Assembly (NCBI RefSeq): GCF_020745735.1
Contig: NC_083401.1
Coordinates: 78,861,740 to 78,925,739 of the forward strand
Direction of reading: 5' to 3'
DNA: 64,000 bases
DNA from: Hemiscyllium ocellatum
Lineage: Eukaryota
The notes below the pieces were generated by a model. It was given only the letters and a program-made list of their open reading frames with translations, was not told the origin of the DNA and did not search any database. Shown piece after piece: positions 1 to 12,374 of this stretch. The stretch's first letter is position 1. Each line of letters opens with the position of its first letter. The position numbers and the translations under genes were made by a program.

Positions 1-144
1 AAGAACTATCATAGGCATGATCAGCTGAATTGCCTCCCCGTGTGACTGCTGTTTTGGTCAATTGCACGGAAAATAGACTTCAAATTTTGCAATGTATTTG
101 ATTAGGACAAAAATAAGAACAATTCTCATTTCTGATTCATTAAT

Positions 145-310
145 GAACTTTAGGGAAGAAAACATACCATCCTTACCGGGTCTGGACTACATGTGACTCC
201 AGACCCAAGGCAATGGGGTTGACTCTTAACTGCCTTCTGGGCATTTGTGGATGAGCAACAAATGCTGGCCTAGCCTACAATGCTCAAATTTTACAAATGA
301 ATAAAAAAAA
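145..310 (+). mobile_element. 3' half of a shark tRNA-derived SINE (here 'family S2')
   Basis: TTAGGGAAG..CCTTACC.GGTCTGG.CTACATGTGACTCCAGACCC..GCAATG.GGTTGACTCTTAACTGCC..AAATGCTGGCCTAGCC..ATGAATAAAAAAAA; reverse-complement match to the copy at 40798-41127. Confidence 0.75.
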
Positions 311-340
311 TGAAGAAGCCATAAAGAGTGTGATTATGGG

Positions 341-527
341 TACATGTATGGAATGAGCTGCCTGAGGAAGTGGTGGAGACTGATACAATTGCAACATTTA
401 AAAGGCATCTGGAAAGGTTTTTGAATAGGAAAGATTTGAAGGGATATGGGTTAGGCTATCTGGTCGGCATGGACATGTTCGACCGAAGGGTCTGTTTCTG
501 TGCTTACATCTGTATGACTCTATGACT
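341..527 (+). mobile_element. CR1 (HER1-like) LINE 3' end fragment
   Basis: WNELPEEVVE-type ORF2 C-terminus, 3'UTR GGACCGAAGGGTCTGTTTC-like motif and TATGACTCTATGACT tail. Confidence 0.9.
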
Positions 528-654
528 AGGACTCTACCTTAAAAATATTCTATGATCTTGCCTGCATTGCCTTCTGAGGCATTGGGTTCCAAGGTCAATG
601 CTCTGAAAGAAAAGGAACTCTCCTTCTCTCTACCCTAAAAGAGTGACCTGGCCT

Positions 655-755
655 ATTGAAGAAGTCATAGTGAACACAAAATGTCAACTTTAGTTCTCTC
701 TCTGTACGTTCTGCCAAACCTGCTGAGGTTTTCCAAGATTCTCTGTCTTTGTTAG
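655..755 (+). mobile_element. Old PLE terminal-repeat fragment
   Basis: Decayed hammerhead-like start (TTGAAGAAGTCATA..AAAATGTCAAC) then CTGCCAAACCTGCTGAGGTTTTCC; similar to copies at 1973 and 11720. Confidence 0.55.
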
Positions 756-840
756 CATTCTATTAGTCCTCTTGCTCACTTGGTGTATCTGCAAACTAAT
801 GTTTTGTCACTCATACACCAGAGCACCTAGATTCCTTTTT

Positions 841-1170
841 TAGATTAGATTACTTAGTGTGGAAACAGGCCCTTCGGCCCAACAAGTCCACACCGACCCG
901 CCGAAGCACAACCCACCCATACCCCTACATTTACCCCTTACCTAACACTACGGGCAATTTAGCATGGCCAATTCACCTGACCTGCACATCTTTGTGCAGG
1001 TCAGGTGTGGAGGAACTGTGGGAGGAAACCGGAGCACCCGAAGGAAACCCACGCAGACACGGGGAGAACATGCAAACTCCACACAGTCAGTCGCCTGAGT
1101 CAGGAATTGAACCCGGGTCTCAGGCGCTATGAGGCAGCAGGGCTAACCACTGTGCCACCGTGCCGCCCAC
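841..1170 (-). mobile_element. HE1 (V-SINE) SINE, full length, young
   Basis: Minus strand: tRNA-like head GTGGGCGGCACGGTGGCACAGTGGTTAGC, B box GGGTTCAATTCC, V-domain GGGTTTCCT.CGGGTGCTCCGGTTTCCTCCCACAG, CR1-derived tail and (AATCT)n. Confidence 0.95.
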
Positions 1171-1199
1171 AACATTTAGTGCAACATTGTGCAAAAAAA

Positions 1200-1950
1200 A
1201 TCATAGAAGGATCAGCAGAATGATCAAAGGTTAAAGACAAGTTGCAAATATTGTGGAAATCATCACATGAAACAAATGAAAACCCTATAGGGATGATTAA
1301 TGCAGAAATATCAGATTATAATTCTTACAAATTAAATATTGGTACTGAAGAGATGTTGGCCAAAAATTTCAGATAATTCAATTTACACCATAGTGCCAGT
1401 GTCAAATCCAAAGCAGAAAATATGATTTGTAAAAATTACAATGAAGACAGCAGAACAACAGCATCAATCTAATCTGCATTGGCAGGCAGACACTAGTGCT
1501 TTCAGCAACATTATGAGCTTCAGGGATCTGTATACATTTACACCAGAAGGCAATCTTCAAGGTGATGCTCTGCGATGGAACGATACTCACCCTGAGAGAA
1601 CAATTTATTTTACAGCCCAATGCAATGACAAGACTGAAGAGCTGGAGTTCTGGATATTAAACATAAAACTAAAGTCACACACCTCAGCAGAAGCAAGTCG
1701 GCAGCTCAGACTGATTACCCCAAACCCACCAGAAGAGATTTATAGTACTTCACAAGGTACATTTACTGATGATCAGCCAAACAGCACGAGGTAGAGAGTG
1801 TCCAAGTGTGGGACCACAAAGGGCACTTAATGCTGAAGTCTAAAGAAGTGCCAAAAGATTGTTTATGCCCAGCAAATCATTGTGACTAGAAGAAAGAGGT
1901 ATTTCAGCCAATGGTAGAATCAACACAGGAAGCTGAGAAGGTTTTGAAGC
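1200..1950 (+). mobile_element. Possible heavily decayed Gypsy-type gag/pro remnant
   Basis: CKYCGNHH at 1243-1266 (zinc-knuckle-like) and YKLNIGTE at 1326-1349 (resembles FKLDTGA); no LTR seen; weak. Confidence 0.25.
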
Positions 1951-1972
1951 AGAATCAGAATAGATATGTGTG

Positions 1973-2110
1973 ATGTGAAAAGGTCACTGGATTAAAATGT
2001 TAATTCTGTTTTCTCTCCACAACTGCTGTCAGGCCTGTTGAGTTTCTCCAGTAATTTCTGTTTCTGTTTGTTTCAGATTCCAGAATGTGCAGTTTATTAT
2101 TTTGTTTTAG
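1973..2110 (+). mobile_element. Old PLE terminal-repeat fragment
   Basis: AAGGTCACTGGATTAAAATGTTAATTCTGTTTTCTCTCCACA..CCTGTTGAGTTTCTCCAG..TTTCAGATTCCAGAATGTGCAG; decayed hammerhead region followed by the typical pLTR body. Confidence 0.6.
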
Positions 2111-3864
2111 AATCATGAGCACTCTGTTAATGCATGGGAATAATTGGTTGCACATTGAGCAATTTACGTAATTCACAGTGTAAGTTGTGTATGCAAATTT
2201 CTGTTTGTTTTCAATGAAATGGGGACATTTGGATGGAAATTATGTTGACACTCTTCCTGGGTTTGTTGTCGTCGTGTGATTTCTGCCATGAGGCACTCAC
2301 TGTAGGCAGCCATTTTTCATCGTCTCTAATAAAGACAGGGTACAAGCCATTTTGTATTTCTTGCATCTCTGGAACTTACACTCCTCATACTGCTACAAAC
2401 TCCAATCTTGTTTCACTTTTAGGGAAGGAAAATTTCCCAGTATTCCCAGATAACCACCTAGTCCCACCCAACCCCACCTCCAAACCTTGGCATTGCTCAA
2501 ATTTGACTGTTTTGATACCTGGTTTGTGCTAAACGTTGCTAATGTACATCACTTCATGTGATACTGATATCCAAAAGAATCTGTTTTATTGTGCTGCTGC
2601 CAACTGTGATGCTCAATTTCAATTTATAAAACCAATTTGAAGTTGGCACAAAAAGCACAAGTAAATTAGTAATATATTAACGACAAAGCTCTCTATTTCT
2701 TTTTCAACAAACCTCAAGAATCATGTCAACAGATCAAACACATTTCTTCACCAGACTGGAGAACAGTTGCACATAAATCTGTCTGTCACATCATAGCCCC
2801 AGAGGTTAGAGATAACAGATGATACTATAGCACCTAAGGGAATTTCAAAGCCCAGTACAGATGTTCCTTTCTCTTGCTACATATAGAAAGCTGCGAGTGA
2901 CGTAAGGAAAAAAAATTAACATGGTCACGGATGGATCTATAAGAATCTATGTCTGAAAATAAATCCCTGCATTGAATTTACTTTTCAAAACGATATACTT
3001 CAAAAACTGCAAAAAATTAGTTTAAAAAGTCACAGATAATATGCAAGAATTATAATCACGCTTAATTCATGTTGTAACTTCCTATTCAATGGGTTTGCCA
3101 TTTTAAATATCTGTCAGTATAATTATAACATGCAGAAAAGTCATTTATTCAGATCTTAACCCTTATTCATCTTATTATTAACTGCTATGGTTTTAGAGTC
3201 AGCCTCAGATTTTACTTCTCAAATCATAATGCTCCGGATTTCTGACATCCTTTATTGATCTCACATTTCCTGCACACACACTCAAATACCATGGGCAAAT
3301 CTTATTTATTTTGGCTATAGCATGTGCCTCTTGGGTCCCCACCAAAGTTCCAGGGCCCCAGATTCCAAAGTAAAGCAGGATCTCTCCAGCCCAACTCCGG
3401 AACAAAGGAGTACACTGAGATGGAGTGGGAGGGTGAGAAAGAAGAAAACTTATTGAGTACACTTTGGCAGCACTGGTACAACAGTCTTTTATTTTGTAAA
3501 TATCCGTTTTTCTTTAAATGATTCGGCAGCACCTTTCATGTGGGTCTGTCTATGGAGGCGCTAAATGTATTTTTACATCATTTGGCAGCAATTCATGGCC
3601 ACATGTAATGGATGGAAGTTTGCACTGAGAACCTATTGCACCATGTACAAGTCGAGGGAACAATTCATACGCATGGCAATGGCTCATGGTGACATTTCTG
3701 TCCCTCTTCATCCGGTGTCTTTGCTGGACATGTTGGCAGGCCTCAGTTAAAAGGGTTGGCAGCCAGGATTAACAGGATGGAGGGGTAGTTGCAGAGTTAG
3801 GGGCATACTCCATAAATGGGCCTTTAACAGGCACACAACGCACAATGCCACTAGGTTTTAACTG

Positions 3865-4445
3865 GTTAGAGTCATAGCATCATAGAGATCAACAGAACTG
3901 AAAAGTGCCACTTATCCTCCTTTCCTGATGAAGGGCTTATGTCTGAAACGTCGATTCTCCTGCTTGGATGCTGCCTGACCTGCTGTGCTTTTCCAGCACC
4001 GCACTCTCGAGTCTGATCTCCTGCATCTGCAGTCCTCACTTTCTCCTTTGTCCGATCATGTCCATCAAAACAGCCACCTAACTATTCTAAGCCCACTTTG
4101 AAGCACTTGACACTTGTCTTGACATCATGAGTGCACACCTAAATACTTCTCAAATGTTACGGTAGTTTCTGCCTCTACAACTTTTACAAACAGATTCCCA
4201 CCACTCTCTGGGTGAAACAGTTTTTGCTCACATCTCCTGTAAACCTCTGTCCCGGTCTTAGATCCCTCCATCAATTCTTCCTCTTTACCCTATCTATTTC
4301 CCACATAATTTTATACATCTCAATCATGTCCCCTCTCTACAGAAAACAACCTTATCCATCCAATCACGCTTCAGACTTGAAACGGTCCAGCCCCAGCAAC
4401 ATCCTGGTTAATCCACTCTGAACCCCCTCCAGAGCCATCATATTA
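3865..4445 (-). mobile_element. Old CR1 3' fragment, interrupted by a PLE piece
   Basis: AGAGTCATAG tail on plus strand; CAGATTCCCACCACTCTCTGGGTGAAA motif (reverse of the WN-LP region). Confidence 0.65.
3922..4047 (+). mobile_element. PLE family A terminal repeat with hammerhead core
   Basis: TTCCTGATGAAGGGCTTATGTCTGAAACGTCGATTCTCC..GGATGCTGCCTGACCTGCTGTGCTTTTCCAGC..CATCTGCAGTCCTCACTTTCTCCT. Confidence 0.85.
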
Positions 4446-5231
4446 CTTAGAGAATATAGATTCCAGAATTATAAAATCATAGAATTTTACAGTACAGAAG
4501 TCCATTGTGTCTGTGCTGGCTCTCAAAAGAGCTAGCCAGTCCCATTCTCCAGCTCTATCTCTGTAGCTCTCTAGGTTCATCATGTTCAAATTTCTATCCA
4601 GTTCTCTTTTGGAACCTCCTCTGGAATCTGCCTCCAGAACGTTCCCATGTAACACACTTCAAATCCTAACAATCTCTGAATAAAGAGGTTTCTCCTCATC
4701 TCACTCCTAGCTCTCTTGCTGACAAACTTGAAATTGTGAGCCCGAATTATTGACATACCAAATAGTGGAAACAGAATATCCTACTTTACCGTATCAAAAT
4801 TGTTCATAATTTTGAACACCTCAATAAAGTCACCTCTTAATCATCTCTGCTCCAAGCAGAATAAAACCAATCTCTCTAATTTTTACCTGTATCTAAAATC
4901 CTTCATTTCTGGTATCATTCTATTAAATCTCATTTGAACTTTCACCAAGACTTCAGCATCTTTCACTAAATAAAATGTTCAGAACTAAACATAATATTCA
5001 AATGACCAGCACAGGATCAGATAGCTGTGTAGTTTTTAAAGTGTAACCTTGCTGTAAGTCTACAGTAGTGAGTAGAGTGGACTCTTTATGTTTATATGTT
5101 TTATTGAGATCTGTCGCTGGATTAAATTTTAAAAACATAACCTAAAAGTACTATGCTAGCCTGGAGCACTGTTTCCTTAAGAGCAAAATAACGGTGCTAT
5201 TTTCAGAGTCTGCAGACTATGAAGGAGCAAA

Positions 5232-6151
5232 GATGGCCTTTAGTAGAGTGATATGCTCTTCCTGTCAGATGTGGGAGTTTAGGGAGAGTTTCCATGTTAC
5301 TGAAGATTATGTCTGCAGGAAGTGTCTTTGGTTGCGAATCCTATCACATCGCATAGATTGGTTGGAGCAACAGTTTGAGCCAATGAGGTATGTACAATGA
5401 GGGTGTGATGGATGGCAGTTATAGGAAGGGAGTAAAGCTGCAGATATAGTCAAGTAGATGGGTTAACTCCAGGAAAGGTAGGAGAAGAAGGCAAGTAGTG
5501 CAGGAGACTTCTGTGGCTAACTCCATTTCAAACAAGTATGTTGTTTTGGAAAATGTATTGGGTGATGGACTCTCAAGGGAATGTAGCACAAATAGCCAAG
5601 TTTCTGATATCGAGACTGGCACTACTGCAATGAGCAGTATGTCAGTTTCTAGGTGATCAATTGTGATAAGGGACTCTCTAGTCGGAGGCACAGACAGACA
5701 TTTCTGCGGCCTGCAGCGAAAAATCAGAATGGTTGCCTCCATGGTGCCAGGATCAAGGATATCTCAGAATGTTCCCAAAAGGGTGAGGGACCAGCAGGAG
5801 ATCATTGTAGATATCAGAACTAATGACATAGCAATGTAAAAGGATGAGATTCTGAAGGGACAATATCGAGAGTTTGGCAGAAATTTAAAATGGAGGACCT
5901 CTAAGGCAGTAACATCTGAATTACTCCCGGTGCTACGAGCTCGTGAGGGTATGAATAGGAGGATAGAGCAGATTAATACATGGCTGAGGAGCTGGTACAG
6001 GGGAGAAAGATTCACATTTTCGGATCATTGGAATCTCTTCTGGGATGGACATGACCTGTACAAGAAGGATGGACTGCACCTGAATTGGAAGGGGACTAAT
6101 ATACTGGCAGGGAGATATGCTAGAGCTGTTCGGGAGGGTTTAAACCAGTAA
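5232..6151 (+). pseudogene. CR1 ORF1 (zinc finger, coiled coil, SGNH esterase), disrupted by stops and frameshifts
   Basis: MAFSRVICSSCQMWE..YVCRKC; IVIRDSLV (GDS block); RIEQINTWLRSW..KDGLHLNWKGTNILAG (DxxH block). Confidence 0.85.
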
Positions 6152-6270
6152 TGTGGGGGGTTGGGACTCAGGGAGATAGTGAGGAAAGAGATCAATCTGA
6201 GACTGGTACAGTTGGGAAAGAGAGCAAGTCAACCAGTAAGGGCAGGCAGGGACAAAATAGAAAACCATGT

Positions 6271-8397
6271 AGGAGAATTGCACACAATATTCCAACAGTG
6301 GCCTAACCAATGGCCTGTACAACCGCAACATGAACTCCCTAGTCCTGTACTCAATACTCTGACCAATAAAGGAAAGCATACTAAACACCTTCTTCACTAC
6401 CCTATCTACCTGCAACTCCACTTTCAAGGAACTATGAACCTGCACCCCAAGGTCTCTTTGTTCAGCAACACTCCCTAGGACCTTACCATTAAGTGTATAA
6501 GTCATGCTAAGATTTGCTTTCCCAAAATGCAGCACCTCGCATTTATCTGAATTAAACTCCATCTGCCATTTCTCAGCCCATCTGGTCAAGATCCTGTTGT
6601 AATCTGAGTAACCCTCTTCGTTGTCCACTACACCTCTAATTTTGATGTCATCTGCAAACTTACTAACTGTACCGCTTATGCTCGCTTTGAATCATTTATG
6701 TAAATAAGACAAAGTAGAGGGCCCAGCACTGATCCTTGTGGCATTCCACTGGTCACAGGCCTCCAGTCTGAAAAACAACCCTCCACCACCACCCTCTGTC
6801 TTCTCCCTTTCAGCCAGTTCTGTATCTAAATGGCTAGTTCTCTCTGTATTCCGTCAAATCTAACCTTGCTAATCAGCCTCCCATGGGGAACCTTGTAGAA
6901 CACCTTACTAAAGTCCATATAGATCACATCTACTGCTCTGCCCTCATCAATCTTCTTTGTTACTTCTTCAAAAAACTCAATCAAGTTTGTGAGACATGAT
7001 TTCCCACGCACAAAGCCATGTTGACTATCCTTAATCAGTCCTTGCCTTTCCAAATACATGTACATCCTGTCCCTCAGGATTCCCTCCAACAACTTGCCCA
7101 CCACCAACGTCAGGCTCACTGGTCTATAGTTCCTTGGCTTGTCCTTACCACCCTTCTTAAACAGTAGCATCATGTTAGCCAACCTCCAGTCTTCCGGCAC
7201 CTCACCTGTGACTATCGATGATACAAATTTCTCAGCAAGTGGCCCAGCAATCACTTCTCTAGCTTCCCACAGAGTTTTCGGGTACAGCTGATCAGGTCTT
7301 GGGGATTTCTCCACGTTTAACCGTTTCAAGACATCCAGAACTGCCTCCTCTGTAATCTGGACATTTTGCAAGATGTCACCATCTATTTCCCTACAGTCTA
7401 TATCTTCCATATCCTTTTCCACAGTAAATACTGATGCAAAATATTCATTTAGTATCTCCTCCATTTTCTGTGGCTCCACACAAAGGCTGCCTTGCTGATC
7501 TTTAAGGGGCCCTTTTCTCTCCCTAGTTACCCTTTTGTCCCTAATATATTTGTAAAACCCCTTTGGATCCTCCTTAATTCTATTTGCCAAAGTTATCTCA
7601 TGTCCCCATTTTGTCCTCCTGATTTCCCTCTTACGTATACTCCTACTCTTCTAAGGATTCACTCGTTCTATCCTGTCTGTACCTGACATATGCTTCCTTC
7701 TTTTTCTTAACCAAACCCTCAATTTCTTTGGTCATCCAGCATTCCCTATAGTTACCAGCCTTCCCTTTCACCCTGACAGGAATATACTTTCTCTGGATTC
7801 TTGTTATCTCATTTCTGAAGGCTTCCCATTTTCCAACTGTCCCTTTACCTGCGAACATCTGCCTCCAATCAGCTTTTGAAAGTTCTTGCCGAATACCGTC
7901 AAAATTAGCCTTCCTCCAGTTTAGAACTTCAACTTTTAGATCTGGTCTATCCTTTTCCATCACTATTTTAAAATGAATAGAATTATGGTCACTGGCCCCA
8001 AAGTGCTCCCCCACTGACACCTCAGTCACCTGCCCTGCCTTATTTCCCAAGAGTAGGTCAAGTTTTGCACCTTCTGTAGTAGGTACATCCACATAGTGAA
8101 TCAGAAAATTGTCTTGTACACACTTAAGAAATTCCTCTCCACCTAAACCTTTAACACTATGGCAGTCCCAGTTGATGTTTGGAAAGTTAAAATCTCCTGC
8201 CAGAGGATGTGGTGGAGGCTAGTACAATTGCAACATTTAAGAGGCATTTGGATGGGTGCATGAATAGGAAGGGTTTGGAGACATATGTGCCAGGTGCTGG
8301 CAGGTGGGACTAGATTGGGTTGGGATATCTGGTTGACATGGACAGGTTGGACAGAAGGGTCTGTTTCCATGCTGTACATCTCTATGACTCTATGACT
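6271..8397. mobile_element. 5'-inverted CR1 nested in the larger CR1: minus-strand ORF2 segment (6271-8200) plus plus-strand 3' end (8201-8397)
   Basis: Minus-strand ORFs 7643-8092, 6826-7590 and 6140-6628 encode endonuclease end to RT (GASDHNSI, NYRPVSLT, QHGF, YMDFSK, EYCVQF); joined directly to a plus-strand 3' end with CTATGACT tail; host ORF2 resumes at about 8398. Confidence 0.88.
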
Positions 8398-10858
8398 GGT
8401 AAATTAAACTGCATTTACTTCAATGCTACAGGCCTAATAGGGAAGGCAGATGAACTCAGGGCTTGGCTTGGAATTTGGGACTGGAATATCATAGTAATTG
8501 CAGAAACATGGCTTGGGGATGGACAGGACTGGTAGCTTAATGTTCCAGGATGCAAATACTAAAGAAAGGATAGAAAGGAAGACAAGAGAGGAGGGGGGAG
8601 GGGCGGCGGCATTTTTGATAATGTATAGCATTACTGCTCGCCTAAGGGAGGATATTCCTGGAAACATTCAGGAAAGTTATTTGGGTGGACCTGAGAAATT
8701 AGAAAGGGATGATCACCTTATTGGGATTGTATTATAGGCCCCCTAATAGTCAGTGGGAAATTGAGAAACTAATTTGTAAGGAGATTTCAGTTATCTGTAA
8801 GAATAATAGGGAGGTTATGGTAGGGGATTTTAAATTTTCAAACATAGACTGGGACTGATAAACCTTCACAAACCTTGTACTGCCATAGTGTTATAAGTTT
8901 AGATAGAGAGGAATTTTTTCAGAATGTACATGAAAGTTTTCGGATTCGGTGTGTCTATGTACTTACTGGAGAAGGTGCAAATGTCAGGTTTAGACAGAAG
9001 AAATCGAGTTGAATCCTTAAAAGAGTATAAAGTCAGTAGGAGTATACTTAAGAGGGAAATCAGGAGGGCAAGAAGGAGACATGAGATAGCTTTGGAAAAT
9101 AGAGTTAAGGAGTATCCAAAGGGTTTTATAAATACATTCAGGACAAAAGGATAACTAGGGAGAGAATAGGGCCCCTCAAAGATATAAGCAAGGCAGCCTA
9201 TATGTGGAACCGCACAAGATGGGGGAGATACTAAACAGGTATATTGCATCAGTGTTTCTTGTGGAGAAGAACATGGAAGATATAGAATGTGGGGAAGTAG
9301 ATGGTGATATCTTGAAAAATGTCAGATGAAAAGCTGCTGAATGTTCTGAAATGCATAAAAATAAGTAAATCCCCAGGATCTGATCAGGTGTACACTAGAA
9401 CTCCGTGGGAAGCTGTGGAAGTGGTTGCTGGGTCCCATGCTGAGATATTTGTATCATCAATAGTCAATTGTTACAGGTGAGATACTAGAAGACTGGAGGT
9501 TGGCTAACATGGTGCCACTATTTAAGAAAGGGTAAGGACAAGCCAGAGAACTCTAGACAGGTGAGCCTGACATTGGTGATGGGCAAGTTGTTGGAGGGAT
9601 TCCTGAGGGGCAGGATTTACATGTATTTGTAAAGGCATGGGCTGATTAGGGATAGTCGACATGGCTTTGTGCATGGAAAATCATGTCTCACAAACTTGAT
9701 TGAGTTTTTTGAAGAAATAGCAAAGAGGATTGATGATGAGGGCACAGCGGTGGACGTGATCTATTTGAACTTCTGCAAGGCTTTCAACAAGGTTCCTTGT
9801 GGGAGACTAGTTAGCAAGGTTTGATCTCATGGAATAGAGGAAGAACTAGCCATTTGAATACAAAACTAGCTCAAAGGTAAAAGACTGAGGGTGGTGGTGG
9901 AGGGTTGTTTTTCAGACTGGAGGCCTGTGACCAGTGGAGTGCCACTATGATCGGTGCTGTGTCCACTACTTTTAGTCATTTATATAAATGATTTGGATGT
10001 GAGCATAAGAGATATAGTTAGTATGTTTGCAGATGACACCAAAATTGAAGGTGTAGTGGACAGCGAAGAAGGTTACCTCAGAGTATAAAGGGATCTTGAT
10101 CAGATGGGCCAATGGGATGAGGAGTGGCAGATGGAGTTTAATTTCAATAAATGTGAGGTGCTGCATTTTGGAAAAGCAAATCAGAACAACACTTATACAC
10201 TTCATGGTAAGGTCCTTGGGAGTTTTGCTGAACAAAGAGACCTGGGAGTGCAGGTTCATAGCTCCTTGAAAGTAGAGTTGCAGGTAGATAGGATAGTGAA
10301 GGAGTCATTTGGTATGCTTTCCTTTGGTCAGGACATTGAGTCTAGAAGTTGGAAGGTCATGTTGGTGCTGTACAGGACATTGGTCAGGCCACTTTTCGAA
10401 TATTGTGTGCAATTCATCCTATTTATCCTATTCATCCTATCGGAAGGATGTTATGAAACTTGAAAGGTTTCAGAAAAGATCTACAAGGATGTTGCTTGGA
10501 GGATTTGAGTTATAAGGAGAGGATGAATAGGCTGGGGCTGTTTTCCTGGGGTGTCAGAGGCTGACGGGTGACCTTATAGATGTTTATAAAATCATGAGGG
10601 ATAAGGGATAGGATAAATAGACAAGGTCTTTTCCCTGGAATGGGGGGAGTCCAGCATAGGCTTAGGGTGAGAGGGGAAAGATATAGAAGGGACATAAGGG
10701 GCAACTTTTTCATGCAGAGGTTGGTGCGTGTATGGAATAACCTGCCAGTGGAGGTGGTGGAGGCTGGTACAATTACAACATTTAAATGGCATCTGGATGG
10801 ATATATGAATAGGAAGGATTTAGACGGATATGGGCCAAGTGCTGGCAAATGGGACTAG
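8398..10858 (+). pseudogene. CR1 ORF2 (APE endonuclease and RT), disrupted, internal deletion near 8980
   Basis: KLNCIYFNA..KADELRAW..IAETWL; YRPP; WQMEFNFNKCEVLHFG; RGNFFMQRLVRVWNNLP; many stops. Confidence 0.88.
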
Positions 10859-11719
10859 ATTCAGTTCAGATATCTGGACTGAAGGGTCTGTTTCTGTGCT
10901 GTACATCTCTCTGACTCTATGACTCTATGACCAATGATTTGTAGAGGTATAGCATCATCTTTTATTCTACTCCTATGTTTATTATCCCAAGGATCCTATA
11001 AAATCCCTTAACAACTGTTTCAACTTGCCTGGCCACCTTAAGAGAGTTAGGCGTGTGAACCCTGAAGTCTCTCTGCTCCTATTCCCCTCAATGTTGTACC
11101 ATTGAACCTGTATTGTCTCTCCATGTCTCTTCTCCCAAAATGCATTACCTCACATTTCTCTGCATTGACATTCATTTGACAGGTGTCTGCCCATTTGGCC
11201 AACTTCTCAATAGCTCTCTGAAGTCACTCAGTATCATCCTCACAATTCACTATTCTTTGTAGCTTAGTGTCATCTGCACATTTAGAGTTTTGCCTTCAAC
11301 ATCCGTCTCCAAATTGTTTATATAAATCCAAAAAAAAAACGCTCCCTGGGGAATACTACTTTCAACTCAACACTAATCTGAAAAATGCTCTTCTATCCCA
11401 AACATTTCTAATTTGCTAACCAACCTGCCATATGGCACTATATCAAATATTTCTGAAAGTCCAATGTGCAACATCTACAACACAACTACCTGTGTAACCT
11501 TGTCAAATAATTCAATTAAACTTGTCAGACATGATCTGATCTTGACAAAGCCATGTTGTCTGTCTAGTATTTACATATTTTTCTCTAAGTGTACATTTAC
11601 TTTATCTTGTAATATGGCCTCCATCAGTTTTCCACTATTGATGTCAAGTTGACAGGTCTGTGTTTTCTTGGATTATCCTTTGTCCCTTTCTTAAACAATG
11701 GTGTCACACAATTCTTCAA

Positions 11720-11815
11720 TTCTGAATAAGGGTTATTGTACTCAAAACATTTACTCTGCTTTCCTCCCACAGGAGCTGCCGGACCTGCTGAGTCTCTCCA
11801 CAGGAATATTTGAGT
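11720..11815 (+). mobile_element. Old PLE terminal-repeat fragment
   Basis: TCTGAATAAGGGTTATTGTACTCAAAACATTTACTCTGCTTTCCTCCCACAG..GGACCTGCTGAGTCTCTCC. Confidence 0.55.
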
Positions 11816-11889
11816 ACTATTCCTCTTCAATGGACTGTCTAACCTAAATTGTAAGCACAACTATGTGTACCTTAGTCCTTTGTTCATGA

Positions 11890-12272
11890 TAGCAGCAACA
11901 ATGTGTACCATTTACAAGATGCACTGCTGATATCCACCAAGGATCCTTAGACAACACCTTGTAAACCCATGATCATTATCATCTAGATGCTTTAGAGCAG
12001 CAGGTACATGGGAATGCCACCACCTGCAAGTTCCCCAACAAGCCACTCAGCACCCTGACTTGGAAATATATCCCCATCCCTTCAGTGTCACTGGGTCGAA
12101 ACCCTGAAACTCCCTTCCTAATGGCATTGTGCATGTACCTACACCAAATGGACAGCAGCGATTCCAGAGGACTGTTCATCCCCACCTTCTGAAGGACAAC
12201 TAGTGATGAGCAATAAATGCTGGCCCAACCACAAATGCCTACATCCCAATGAGTGAATAGAAGAAAGAAGAA
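11890..12272 (+). mobile_element. 3' end of a second CR1-group LINE (here 'LINE family B')
   Basis: CACCACCTGCAAGTTCCCC..CCTGACTTGGAAATATATC..AACTCCCTTCCTAA..GCAATAAATGCTGGCCC..ATCCCAATGAGTGAATA; repeated elsewhere in the window. Confidence 0.75.
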
Positions 12273-12374
12273 TCCACAGATATCTCTAACATCAATAATA
12301 ACAGATCCCAGCACATCAGTGCAAAAGAAAAGGCTGAAGTGTTTGCTTTCATCCTCAGCTAGATGGTCTTCCTA

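Larger units (their letters stand above)
5009..10926 (+). mobile_element. Near full-length CR1/HER1 LINE (5'UTR, ORF1, ORF2), disabled, with nested insertion
   Basis: ORF1 CxxC..CxxC and esterase motifs; ORF2 APE endonuclease (ETW, YRPP, GDF) and RT (HGF, FADDTK); (CTATGACT)n tail; TSD ATGACCA at 5002-5008 and 10927-10933. Confidence 0.92.
4470..11710 (-). mobile_element. Old CR1 LINE (about 4470-5001 and 10934-11710), split by a younger CR1
   Basis: Reverse-strand CR1 motifs on both sides: 3' end at about 4470, GTGTCATCTGCA (ADDT) near 11270, ACAAAGCCATG (HGF) near 11545; sequence is continuous across the insertion. Confidence 0.75.

Noticed and set aside
1441-1794. 117-aa ORF as a host gene
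   Set aside because: No recognisable domain or splice context; possibly decayed LTR-element sequence
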